The notes below the pieces were generated by a model that did no database searches, was not told where the DNA came from, and saw only the letters and a list, made by a program, of their open reading frames with translations. Shown one piece after another: positions 50,901 through 63,800 of a stretch of 64,000 nt of DNA. This stretch comes from Takakia lepidozioides. Taxonomy: Eukaryota; Plantae; Bryophyta. The translations under genes and the position numbers were made by a program. Every line of letters starts with the position of its first letter. Position 1 is the stretch's first letter. The stretch spans positions 60,698,001 to 60,762,000 of the forward strand of contig CM060732.1 in NCBI GenBank assembly GCA_030704615.1. Direction: 5' to 3'.

Positions 50901-52029
50901 GTGATTTTTGAGCATGCATGTATTTACGCCAGTGCTGTATACATATTCTTTGCAAACTTTGGAATGATTGATACTCACGTTTATGGTAACATCGCATGTG
51001 CTTTGCATGTGTTAGTGAGTGTAAGAGAGATTCACTCCATGGGTCAGCACAATATGGTCTTGTCTCTCTTGGATCAAGAAAGGGAGCTAGTTGAAGCTTT
51101 TATAACGAAGAGTTTTCTTATACTTTGTGTGAATGAGCGAAAGAGATCTCTGCACAACGTACATTCTTATCTGTGTTTGATCAAGAAATGGAGAACAGCC
51201 ACATATTGAAGCTTTTTTCTTCTCTTGTGGACGGTTGAGTGTCTTTGACAGGATAGGCTCTGTATATGTACAATAGCAATCAAGAATTCTGAGAAGATTG
51301 TTTTTGCTCGTTCATTGGATAGCAGGATTCGCCAACATTCACCTTGTGGCAGGCAGTACCAAACTGGAGAGTGCTGGGGGTTCTTGCAGGCTCTGCGCTC
51401 ATTACACATTATTCTGAGCTGAATGTGATGGATAGAGAGCTGTTCTTCACCTCAGCAGCCCTACATGTTGGCATTGGCATTGCTTGCCTTGCCATCGTGA
51501 TCACAATTGTGTATCCTCCTGTCTTCTTTTTTGAGCTACGCGTTTGTGCATGTGTTATTTGGATTGTTGCATTGTGGTACGGGTAAATTTCTTGTTTGAT
51601 TCACCGAATCAAGGCCCTGGCAAAGTAAATGTTCCAACACTGCATCTGATGTTCTGACACGCGCACTCTAGAAAAGGAGAAACACATAGTAATTAAGAGT
51701 TGTGTCCTAATTCACCGTCGCGTTGCCAGGTATATAAAACCCTCATGGGCCAGATGAGGAGTCTAGCCCAACAAGGTAATATGATACTCAACCCAATGGT
51801 TACAGGGTTATATCTGGTTTTTTTTGTAGATGTTGCTGTGGTTGCTTTGCCAGTCTTACTGCTAAAAGAAACTTGTCAGGGGAAGAAGACGCTAGAGAGA
51901 GACAGCAGTTTATACTTGACTAAGGTTTTCACCAGATACAAATACGAGAGACCCTTCCTTCAAGAGCTGGCGAACTTTCGGAAAGGCAGGTTGCAAAGTG
52001 AATTAAAACTGGCTCTTCACCCTGATTAG
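44903..52029 (+). CDS. RFT1: RFT1 homolog (Man5GlcNAc2-PP-dolichol translocation protein), multi-exon
   Basis: [100 protein letters not shown]; ends ..LALHPD* at 52029; (GA)n in 5'UTR. Confidence 0.93.
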
Positions 52030-53342
52030 CAACATCCGGGGTGCTTGCAGGTCATCCTTAAGCCATAGCAAATTTGTTAGAAGCTGCCCTTGAAGACCAA
52101 TTCATCTGAGAGTGAAGCAAAATGTGCTTCCCACTACACCCATTACTCATACAGATTCTAAACTGTCATTTGAATTGCTACTTTGCCAGCTTACCATAAA
52201 CCAGAGTTGATGTCAGCAAAGTTTGAGCATTTTTTAGCTGCATCCCTTCGGTGGTAGTGAGAGTTCTTGCTTATACCTGTGGAGCCCTGCACCAAGGGCT
52301 ATGAGCTCGACCTCAATATACTGTGTCTGTCCACATTCGGAAGTGTAATGCAGAGTGTGATGCCTGCCTGAGAAATTCAATTCTGTGTCTGGTTGCCCTC
52401 ATTTCTCACCACTTCCAGTCAATATGCTTCACTATTTATCAGTAGGCACACAGATAATCTATGTGCCACAGATTGTGTCTCAGACCACCAGGATGACGCA
52501 ACAGTGGCACACCAATGTGACCAACAATTGTGCTGCCTGAACTGCTACAGAGAGGAAGCACGACAGTGTGGTCGCATCTGGTCATTAACATTGAGGGAGT
52601 AAACACCCATGTATCTCTTGGATGCAGCATAATTCCCTTTGATATGTGTGTGCAACAGAATGATGATGGCTCCAAGCATGTCATGAAAATGAATGGCAAG
52701 AGACAGAGATACAGTCAGAGAATTTTCTCCAGACCCTTGCATAGGGGCAGTGTAGATTCTTCTGGGAACTCATCATGGACAATTAGGAACCAGGATAACT
52801 CTGAAACACAAACAAAAGAATAAGACTGATCACATCTTCCTTCAGCTTCCCTGCAGGCTGCTATGGTATCATTACCAAGAGTCCGGGGCCTGGCATTCTC
52901 ATAAACGCTTCCTTCAATTTATTCTGTACAGCACTTAACATCCTTATCGAACACAATCGGGGCGGAGAGACGAGAGAATGGGTTCTAAAAGTTGTCGCTA
53001 TGAAATATACAGATCAAGTTTGCAGTGGGAAGGAGAAAAATAACTCCATGTACGAATTACGTATTCCGGCCTGCATGCACACTATAGATGTCGAAAGGGT
53101 GATGAGGGAACGGAATGAATCGACATACAATCCGTCTACTGATAATTACTGAGCTCCATATGTGTTCAGGATCAACTAGTGCTGTTTCTGAATCACCCAG
53201 GCTTTCACAACTGCTTAAGAGTACTCCAGACGAGGTCCTGCTCGATGTTTTGAATATCTAGACCCTGAGTTCTGTAGATCAGAGATGAGCATGACGGTAA
53301 CAATCCCGTACTTCCAAGAAAAATTTAAACTTGTACACCAAT

Positions 53343-56217
53343 TCAGACTCCTGCCGCCGATCCCAGCCTCTCTCTCAGTATTTTGACGCCCATGTACCTG
53401 CGCGCATCAGAGCACCCAGTGGACTTTCAGCAATATTCTTGACTCCACTGGAACCTAGATACAAACAGTGCAATCTAACGACAGCTTAAATTTGAGTAGA
53501 TCGAGTAGTCAGCAGAGTTTAGAACAAGCATGTGCATGCGAATATGGGTTAGTGTACTCGATCTGGGTTTGTGGTAAAGTGCGAGCACACCTGCCAAGCA
53601 TCATGACAGTCGCCTGGGGGTTGGTGCCTGGGGAGAAGTTGAAGGTGGATCCATCAATCACACGCAACGAATCAATGCCCAACACGTGATAATCAGGGTC
53701 AACTACAGCTCCGACTTGGCAGCCACCATGGTAGTGCCAAATGGTGGTCACAGTATCACGACACCATTGCTGCACTGAAAGAGTGTCTTTGAGGTAGTCA
53801 TCAGGATAGCGTTGCGGCCAAGTATGTTCAACAGCTGATTTCACAGGACGTAGAACATCAGGGACGGTGTCGTTAGTGTAGAGGAGGCCGGCAAAGGCCT
53901 TGGATTGGATGACCCTCTGAATCATCCGGACGCCTTCAGTGCAGACGTACAAATCTCCAGGATGCTCGAAATAGTTGAATCGCACTGCAGGATTGTCGCT
54001 CACGTTGGTGGTGACAAGCTTCAACTCCCCTCTGGAAAGAGGCCCCCATGCCTTCTCTAAAAGAGTACCTCCATATAAAGCAACTTCGCGATGAGCTTCA
54101 GGTACCTTCATAACTGCCTGCCCAATCGCTTGGAGCCGTGGAGCTAACCCTGCTCCGACAGTCTGATTGGCAGGTGGAGCTGGATCGGTGCCCCCAGCGG
54201 CAGTAATGGGTAATATGCCTGCCCCGCCAATTTCCCCTCCGCCGGTTGCCGCCTCAATGAAACTGCCAAAGGGGGTGATGCCAACAACTTTTATCATAGA
54301 AATCTCGACGCGCTGATTCGTCATCACCCACATGGCGTTCATAGGGTTGTCAGACATTCCCTGTCCCACTGCCGGCTGCTCTATCAGCACTGGGATGTTT
54401 AAAGAGCGCAGATGCTTCGCAGGTCCAATCCCACTCAGCATGAGCAGCTGTGGGCTACCAATCGCCCCCGCTGACACAATCACCTCGCTCAGAGGGTTCC
54501 CATTCAAGTAAGCTGTGTGCTCTACTCCATTCAGATCTGTGTAGACGACTCCAACTGCCTTTGGTGGACTTCCTTTGGCGGCTGCACAAGTTCTCACACT
54601 TCAGTCTTGATCACTGGCGATGAGCAATCTTGAGAACTACCTAGGCTCCTGTGCCTCATCATTATACAGCTATTTCAATGTTCCCGAGGCCTCACACTCA
54701 ATTGACCTGTAGATGATTCCCCTCCGATAGCTGATCCTCGAGTTTCTGAGGTCAACCTCTCTACACTCAATCTGAGCTCTAATCATTTGCGGAGAATTCA
54801 AGAAGTTACATACATATGTAGCAACTAGAGAGCTCTCACCTTTTTTAGACTTAGTAAATAGTAAGCGTTGAGTATTGGCCCAAAGAAGCAGGGAGATGTT
54901 TTCAGGGTGCGCATATTGGAGCAGATCAGCAGCTGTGTGACGGTGGCCTTCACTGTCGAAAATTGAGCCGCCGATTTTGGTCCCAATGATGTGCTCATAT
55001 GTGGCTCCATTGTATGGAGTGACACCCACCTCCAGCAGCCCATCCCTGGCTGCTGTCTGGAACGTCTTGATGTCAGGGTGATCAGCAACAACGGCTTCCA
55101 CCCACGCGAATGACTCGTTTACTAGTACTCCATCCCAGCCCACGCTCGCCACATAGTCTGGACTGGCATGCGTGTAAAACCCAGCATTCAGGCAGCTCCC
55201 ACCCCCTAGCACACGTGCTCTTGCATTCACCACGCCATCCTCTGATACGAAGCTGTTGGCGGCAGAAGTGGGGGTGTCGACGGCCAGGTCCTCTCCGAAG
55301 CCTCTCAGGTTACCAATCAAGGTATTTCCATAAGGCGCACCTACACCGAGACCCCATATGACAGGCAACTGCGTGAGATAATTCTCTTAAACAGGAAAAT
55401 CATATAGATCAGAATCAGTCCTTACTTACACCTGATTTAAAGATATAGTATGTTCACTTGTTCGAACCAGCTTCTGTAACCAACTATGTGCAGTTGCTGC
55501 AAAGTATTCTGAGCCAGCAACATTCTGAAGATCAGATAGACATAACATTGGAGTTGGTCGAAAAGTGAACACCTCCGCGTTCCAAGAGCAACACCCTGAA
55601 ATTCTGGGAGAGAGTAGCAGCTAGAGGGCAACCTGCCGTGCCCCCACCCACGATAATATAGTCGTAATCTGCGTTTATCACCGTTGATTCATTGGCATTC
55701 TTCATGAACGTGTACTTTGGATCTGCAACACAAAATATATCCAAATACATACAACTCAGAACACAAATCAGATTACCGTCAATGCATCAGCTGTACGTTT
55801 GATAACTAGCAATGTTCAGACACCCAGCTGTGGCATGGTCTGTACATGATGCACCACAAGTTTACTGTATCTGTGCAGGCCATGTAGAGAGACCTGTGTG
55901 TACATTGCATAGATTGCCGAACGTTTCAAGTCCAACTCTTGTCATATGCAAGGTTTAAGCAGCTTAGGGAGTTTTTCGAACGAAGAATATAGTACATCAG
56001 TACGTGTACCATGTGATTTTGCTGCAACATTCAAGTAGCTGATCAGCTGCAAAGAATCAGACTTCCTATTATAGATTACATAAGTACTTAATAGTTCAAG
56101 AATGTATATCTTTATACCTGTATTGAAGGACTTTGCAGCGCAAGCGAGCTCTAGCATGCCTAATAGTACTACACCGAGCATTGCGCACAAAGCTATGGAC
56201 CGCACCATCTGATCCAT
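53343..56217 (-). CDS. HTH: HOTHEAD-like GMC oxidoreductase, copy 3 (most canonical); exons 56217-56118, 55722-55573, 55340-54840, 54581-53591, 53397-53343
   Basis: [87 protein letters not shown], a C-terminus closely resembling HOTHEAD. Confidence 0.9.
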
Positions 56218-58411
56218 CGTGTCCCTCTTTCTTCTTCTATTAACTTGGATTTAGAACTGGTGGAATTTAAGAGATGACCTCTCTCCTTGTCCCCGGCTGC
56301 TCGAAAGGCTGCGACTTTATTCACATCTTCTATCACAGAACTTCCAGTGTGTAGAATCGTGTAAAGTGTAAACCCAGTGAGTCACTGGTAGCAGAACTGA
56401 GGATCGTGGCGGCCACTGGAGGGGCTTCACGACAAGTTTCCTCGCGGATGCGGGCATAGTCTCAAGTGGCCAGACCGGCAGTGCAACGGGCTGGGTATCG
56501 ACTGTCATCCAGTCGGAAATGGTCTTTGTCCGATTCCTTCGTCATCACGACCACAATAGGCTGTCCAGCTGTGATGCAAGGGATGCGTGGAGCTCTCTCG
56601 CCTCTGCAGACGAGCTTATCTTCAAACATACTACTTTCATGGAAATTCGACTACATCCTTGGAAACGTGCTCACACTCCCCTCACACTTCCCGACGAATG
56701 TGGAAACTTTGAGCTAAGTGAGAGAGGTGACACCTCTGATTAGGCATCTGCTGGAAGATTGAACCCACATGTCTAATCAGACCAGCCTTCTGGAAGGCTC
56801 TAGCACCGCTGAGAGAGCCGGGGTGGCCGCCCGGAGAGAGTATATAAAGGAGGGACTGCTCTGCGTGCCTCTCAATCCTGCTTACTATTTAGTACCTCAT
56901 CTGCACTCAGGGCCTCCACTGAAAGACGGAAATTTCGAGCAGGTCCCATAACAAAATTACATACTAGCTTACTATCTACACTAAATGCGTGAGTCAACCG
57001 GCATAAGACTAAGCGTTGATGGTGAGTATCATGTGAAATCTGGACACGATTGTAGTGGCTGCACATGAACATGTATTCAGGCGTGCACACAGTTTGCGTA
57101 CAACTTTGACACTGTATGGAAAGAGTACATCTCCTCTTCAAAGTGAGTTCGTGGCAGCAGGCTATAGATACATTGTATTGTTGAGTGGGATTATTTCAAA
57201 TGGAACAGTATCGTTAGCAAGGAACTTCTATAGTGGGTGATCTCTTCGTCTCTTCTGATGTTGTCGAGAGAGACAGCATCCACATATCTCGTGAACTTGG
57301 TCACATCTGTGTGCTCGGCAAAGGCAACAATCGATAGACTTCACACTCAAATCGATTATCATGAGCTTACATGTCGCTCATAGCTTATCAACCAAAATTT
57401 TAAACTATAAAATAATATTTTAGAAAATCCCCAATGGGCTAAGTGTACAGAGGAGAACTGAGGAACTGAGGCAGAACGGGGAGTTAGAGTGCTTTTGAAT
57501 CTGCTATGTGAAATAAGGAAGAATTTCTGTTATAGAGAAGCGTAATCGTGACGGTGACGAAGGTCACACGGGCCATGTGTTGAGGGGCGGGGCACAGAGA
57601 GGTGGTTGCTGCCGCCGCTTTCTCTTCTCGGCACCCAGACCACCCGCTTCAGGTATATAAGGTTGCGCTGCACTGCATCATCAGTGATTCTCGTAACAGT
57701 TTGCAACCACTGCAGCTGTTCTCCCACAGCTTTCTCAATCCAGGATTAATTAAACCATTGTAACACTGTTGGGGAGAACGCCTTGTAAGAGCCAGAGTAA
57801 TTCAACTGGTATACTATCTCCGTGTTATCGTGGTTCCCCGTCGGCAGATGTCTCAATTGAGTGCCACAAAAAGCGGTGCAAGAAGTAAGTTTTCTTGTGG
57901 GAGTAGGCATGCAAGCTATCAGCAACTGCTGCCGTCGTATTGCGCTCCGCTGGTGAGGTTTGTAGAGCATCGATGTTGACATTTCAATCCCCACTTCACA
58001 TTTCTTTCACTGGTGGCCCACTCCGTATTTGGAACGAGCATACCAATCCTCATGCATACTGCTGAAAACAAAAATTCCAGCTTTTAGTAGCTAGTCCTGA
58101 CTTCAACAGCTGCGAACAATTGCTTCATACATAAGTACTGGCTTAAGAGTTCAGCTGCTTTTAAGAGTTTAGTGGGAACAAGTTCTGGTTTTTTCATCGT
58201 TTTAGAGAGCACAAGATTTCGTAAAACCGGTGCCGTCACAGAAAGGAAAAAATAAACTTTATAGGGAAAGTGACTGCTGAGAAGGTGGGATGGCGTCTTA
58301 TGTTGATTTGCTGTTTACCAGAGAGGTCTGGTGGTTTCGACCAGGAGTGTGGATGTGGTGCTTGGGAGAGCAACTGAGAGTTGTACGGGAAAAATCTCTT
58401 ACCAGGCAGCA

Positions 58412-61400
58412 ATGGCAACCCCAAGTGGGGATGACAGAAAGCCTCTACTGCATTCCTATGGAGGAACATCATATGAGGAGGAGGAAGGGTTGGCAGCAGA
58501 GAATGGCAAAGCACATATGCCACCTATCACATCAAAGCTGGACATATTGGAGTCCTTTGACATTGGCTCGATCAGTGGCTTACAGTCTGATGTCCAGACC
58601 ATCTTGAACACGGTCGGTGGTTAGGCCTTTTTCTCAACCTGCCTCATTACCTTCTGTCCCTTTGTCCTAAGACTTGGTTTCATATTTTCATGTCTGTTGA
58701 TCTTCTTGCTCCCAAGGAGAGTTCTGGGTTTTCTAAATTTTTTCCGAGAATGCTCTTGTTGTTCATGCAACCTCTTGGTGTATCTTTGCCTGGTCTCTGG
58801 TTTGTGGTGCCTGCCTGTGCTGGTTTCATGGATTACATTTGATGTGAGTTGCAGGTGAATCTATATGTGGGCATGGGTTTGCTCAGCTTGGGTTACGCCT
58901 TCCGGCTGGGGGGTTGGATCAGCTTGGTACATTTTGTCCTACCCTCCCATCTTCTCCCCTCTGTTCCTTCCAAATCTTCCACAAGAAGCGCTCAGAAAGT
59001 CGAGAAATTGATCTGGGCTCTTTTCAAGCGGTTTTTCTGAAATTTTGCTAAGGGTTATGCAGTGACTAGATTTGGCTCCCTCCCTGTTCTGCAAGGTCAG
59101 GGGTGTGGAGTGAAAACTCTGTAACTCTTTGCTGGCTGGGTTGGCAGGGGGTGCTAGGTGTGCTGAGCATCGTTTTTGCCTACTCGGCGAAGCTCATTTG
59201 CTGGTCATTTGATAAGATGCCTACCAGTGTGGTGCCATCATACCCCAACCTAGGTGCCACTGCTTTGGGTGCCCCTGGTCATTGGATGGTATGCCTGCTT
59301 CCTTCTCCTTCTTTCTTCATGGGGATCGGATGGGTGGGATAGATTCACATAGGCATTGCACATGGGTGGCGACTAATGCAAAAGTGGGTTGGAAATGGGT
59401 AGGTAATGTTGATGGGGGTGGCAGAATTTTTCGGAGCATCTTGTATGTGCTTAATCGTCATCTGGCAGTCAATTGAGAACCTGCTTCCAGTTGGTCCCTT
59501 TTGTTTCAGCTCCACTTGCTTATCTTCCAGGTGGGCTCCCTCCCATAGAGCACTTTGTCTGACTGTTAATGTTGCCGTGCTCTGTACTGTTCAACAGAAT
59601 TATGTGGTAATACCTGCTCTAACATTTACTTAGGCCCAGGAGAGCAACTGTACTGACCTTCTATTATAGATTGGTTGGTCAGTTGAAGGCCCTAGTATTG
59701 ATATTTGAGTTGAGCTACTTGTTTGAATAGCAGAGAGGCTGTTGTGTTAGGAAGCACAGTGGTGATGCTGCCTGCAATATGGATCCGAACATTTTCGCGG
59801 CTCACCTCCATCAGCATCTCCGGTGTCCTCTCCTCATTGCTCCTCACAGCAGGTCCGTTCTATTCAGCATTTGTGTGGGGGTTTACAACTTTACTATCTG
59901 TGCTAAGTCCTAAGCTGGTATGGAGGGCTTGGTTGGGAAGCAGTTGTGGTGACAGCCTTTGTTGTGGATCCGAAGCGCGAGGCAGTGGATGATCCTGACA
60001 GCGCGGTACATGAAGCTATCAACTGGGCACACTTGCCCATTGCTACTGGCATCCTGGTTGTATCCTTGTCTGGTATGGCCATTTGCACTGTTTCTTTCCA
60101 TAAAAAGTATTTAGTCCTTCCTCCAAACTCGCACTCTCCAACTCAGAACTTCCCTTGATTTTTTTGCTTCCATATGGTGTCCTGGAATGAGGATGTGATA
60201 ATAATGGTTAGTACTGGGGTGGGGCAAGCAGGACATGCAGGCTTGCCATCATTGCGTAGAAGCATGAGGAACCCTCACCACTTTGAACGATGTGTCAACC
60301 TGGCCTTCTTTGCCATGTTTCTTTTGTATGCACCATCTGTCTCCTTCCACCTATCTCACACATAGAAAACCGGTCATTTCCTTTCAGCCATCTCCCCTCA
60401 ATTGATAGCGTTTATTTCTTCTTCCCCATATGCCTGCTGAAGGAGTTTGTGTTGGACTAACTGGCAGCACGTGACCAGGTATACTACAATGGCGGGATTT
60501 ACGTATTTTTATTTTGGGCAAGCCACGGAAGTGCTTGTTACTGCCAACTTGAACAAGGCATCGGGGGTCACAGGCTTTGTCCTCCTGAGGTTGGGCCACT
60601 TTTCTGTGACCATTAATCAAGCCATCACTGTACTGGTGGCTCTAAGTGCCTACTCCACCATTCCCGTATGTTTCCTCCTCCTTATCAGTTTCCTGTGGTG
60701 TATTCTTACATGGACTCGATTCATGAGGTGCTCTGGAGACATCTCCCTGATGTGCACAATTTGTATATTCATGATGCAAGCTTTTAAAAGTAAAGCCCAA
60801 AAGAATAGAATACTTAAGATAGAACGCAACACAATGGACAGATATTAAGCTGGGGAAAGAAGACAGAAATGAAATGAAATGGTACTTTATAATGTCCGCG
60901 GAAAGCTCATAGAACTTATGGGAAAGAAAGACAAAAAGCTGAGAGAGCTTATGAGATAATGGATTTGGATACATGGAGCAAGAAATGATATCATACTTCA
61001 TAAGAAATGAAATGAAATGAAATGGTGCTTTATAACGTCCGCGGAAAGCTCATAGAGCTTATGGGACAAAAGAAAGAGAAAGAGAAAGAAATAAAGAAAT
61101 TTATCATGTCAACTGGAGACCCAGAGGACCACGGAAGACAAAGGAACAATACAACTGCAGAAACCAAAGAACAAATCAAACCCCAAACATTGGGCAAAAG
61201 CAGAGTGCCTCATGCAATAAGTGAACTATAGAGGACCACAACGGCCATGGGCAGAATAAACCATGAGAGATGGGGAGGAAAAGGGAGAAAGAAAGAATTT
61301 TATTAGGTCTGTGGGGGACCCACAGAGAGATATGTGCTCGTTAGTCTTTTCCTTATATAGCACCTCAAAGTATTGGAGAGCTTGCTTGTAAGCTGCATGA

Positions 61401-62646
61401 TCCTCACCGTCGAGAAATAGTCATTGAGGCTACAAGGGTTTGGGGCAGGCGCTGGTGTATGTGATTGCAGAGCTAATTATGGATATGGTTGGTGGTACAA
61501 CCACTGCTCATGGCCCTGGTACTAATCACATCCGTGACCTGACCCCATGAGTAGGTTGGAAGGGAAGAGTAAAGGAGATTGGGTAGGGATGACTTTGTGA
61601 AGGCCAGTTCAGGGTTGGTGTATCTGCATGTTTATCAGTCAATGTGATGTCTTGTGGATTGAAGTGCCTAATTGACCTTGGTTTGTAAGAGATTTCAGGA
61701 TATTGATCAATGCATGTTTTCTGCAATCAGGCATTGCCAACTTGATCACACGAACAGTGGTGCTGTGTCTGGGTTATATAGTGGCTTACCTTGCGTAAGT
61801 ATACGGACATCCTGTCTAGGAAGAGAAATGGAAATATGTGTGGAGTACCACTGCTTCTGTTTCTGCATGTACCTTCTCCTTTGTTCTTTTTTATTTCCAG
61901 AGATTTGTGATACAGCTGTGGTGGAAGCTCACCTGTATTGTGAGAGGGATGGAGCTATGGACTAAAAATATTTTTTAGGGCCGTAGGTCATGGACACAAG
62001 TTGCCTGTAAACTGATCTGGGTTGTCAATTGGAGGTGGATGCTTTTTGAGGAGAGAAGAGATGGCAAGATATGCCTCTGATGATAGGTAAGCTTCTGGAC
62101 TTGTGAGCAGCTACAATTTTCTGGACAGCGTGGAGTCAATTGTGGGAGGCGTCTGCTCCGTCTCTATCTCTCTCCTCCTCCCGTCCATTTTCTATTACAA
62201 GTCAGTGTCTTTTCCCATCTTTCAAGATTCCAGTATGAATATTTCTCTCTCTCTATGAGCTTTCCGCGGACGTTATAAAGCACCATTTCATTTCATTTCA
62301 TTTCTCTCACTCTTTTCTTACCTTTACATTTAACTAAAGAAGCCAGGAACAATGAAGATGAAGGGGCCAGAGTTGGAGTCAGCTATTCTGAGGCATTGCT
62401 CCAAAGTAGTGCTGCAATGCTCACAATTTATGGTGTCCCACATTGCCAGTTCACCTCATTCTGGTGGGATGTGTATATCACACAAGACTGAGTTGAGTGG
62501 AGTGGGGTTTTGAAAGGTTGCATGTGCAGGAGATGAGTGTTCAGAGGAAGGCAACAGTAGTGGGCATGTGCGGTCTGGGAATTTTGTGTGTGTTGGGTAT
62601 TGCCACCATCAACATTCTGAAGCTGTCCCAGATCATCAAAGTCTAG
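58412..62646 (+). CDS. AVT1-like (AAAP family) vacuolar amino-acid transporter, multi-exon
   Basis: QTILNTVNLYVGMGLLSLGYAFRLGGWISL, SYPNLGATALG, LSGHAGLPSLRRSMRNP, GFTYFYFGQ, IVGGVCSVSISLLLPSIFY; multiple TM segments; ends ..SQIIKV*. Confidence 0.88.
60866..61240 (-). mobile_element. Two adjacent LINE 3'-end copies (60866-~61000 and 61004-~61240) in an AVT intron
   Basis: (GAAAT)n GGT(A/G)CTTTATAA(T/C)GTCCGCGGAAAGCTCATAGA at 60866 and 61004; remnant CTTATTGCATGAGGC of the ORF2 end near 61210. Confidence 0.85.
62250..62304 (+). mobile_element. Ultra-short LINE 3'-tail insertion in an AVT intron
   Basis: CTCTATGAGCTTTCCGCGGACGTTATAAAGCAC(CATTT)4; candidate TSD ATTTCTCTC at 62241-62249 and 62300-62308. 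Confidence 0.85.
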
Positions 62647-63094
62647 TTGCTTATTTCTGAATATATCAACTGACTATTTATCTGCATACATGCAAAAGAG
62701 AGTGTAAAGGGCTATGAAGATGAGACCGTTTTGCAAGTAAGTGTGCTGTTTAGTTATTAACATGTAGTGTCTTTTGGTGGAAATGACCATATTGTTTTGT
62801 AATGGTATGTTCAGTAAAACTTGTAGGTTTTATTTGCAGAATTACTGGAGGATAAGCTTGTCGTTGTACATCAGGGGAGGATTTGAACAGTTGGTGTAAC
62901 ATTTCCCATTATCTTCTGTAGTGGGAATTTCATAAATAACTGGTCATAATAAGGTTTACTCTGCAGTTTGCGTACCTCGTCAAAGACTATATTGGATTGT
63001 AAAGACATACTTATTTAGTATATCAACCATTGCTCCTGCTTGGGTACCATGTCTTGGTTGGAGACTACTCTTCACAAGCTTCAGTAAGCTCTAG

Positions 63095-63800
63095 TTAGCT
63101 CTTGCACTCCCAAATAACAAAGCCATCACAATTGCATAGTCTCTTGTGCACACCAGCCCTGTCACTGCGGCCAATGACTGCAGCGGCTATTTTCTCAACG
63201 TTCGCACTAAGTCCAGGGGCGTATAAAACTACCGAACGCCCAATCATATCTGTCACCATCAGCTTACTGTTTGTTGCAGAGCTTTCTGCATGGCCATTTC
63301 TATCGGCTACCAGCATTCCCAAATCTCCCGCAGGTGTTTCCTACAAGCCATCCATTTTAACACAATTTCACTGAAATCATGGTTGACTTAAAGAAGCTAC
63401 TACTCTCTCTAGAAATTTGAACGCTTGAACTGGTTTGAACATACACCTCAAACAAGCTTTGACCTGTAAACTTCAATTCAATTCACCAACTTAGGTGCAG
63501 CCCTAACTCCTCCAGATCTCACACACCTCACCCACATACTGTTGGGGGACTGAAAGGTCCAAAGTAAGTCACTCACAAATATTGGCAGATTGGAGGGGTG
63601 ATAAGCTGCACCCGTGCTGGCAGGGCCCTGTGTGAGGTCACCGTATTCGTGCACACTCCAGCCATGGGCACCAGGGGCCAAACCATCGATGACAGCCTCT
63701 ATCACGCATGCCTGCAGCCCAGTGACCTCTTGTGCAAATCTCACCACCCCGTGCACAACTGGGCCTTTAAATTCTGCCACCGCTATCGTCATAGGTTCGC
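63095..63800 (-). CDS. CCS: 3' exons (63800-63577, 63340-63095) of copper chaperone for superoxide dismutase; 5' part lies outside the window
   Basis: AVAEFKGPVVHGVVRFAQ, HGWSVHEYGDLT, GDLG, DMIGRSVVLY, AAVIGRS, C-terminal CxC motif LCNCDGFVIWE. Confidence 0.9.
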
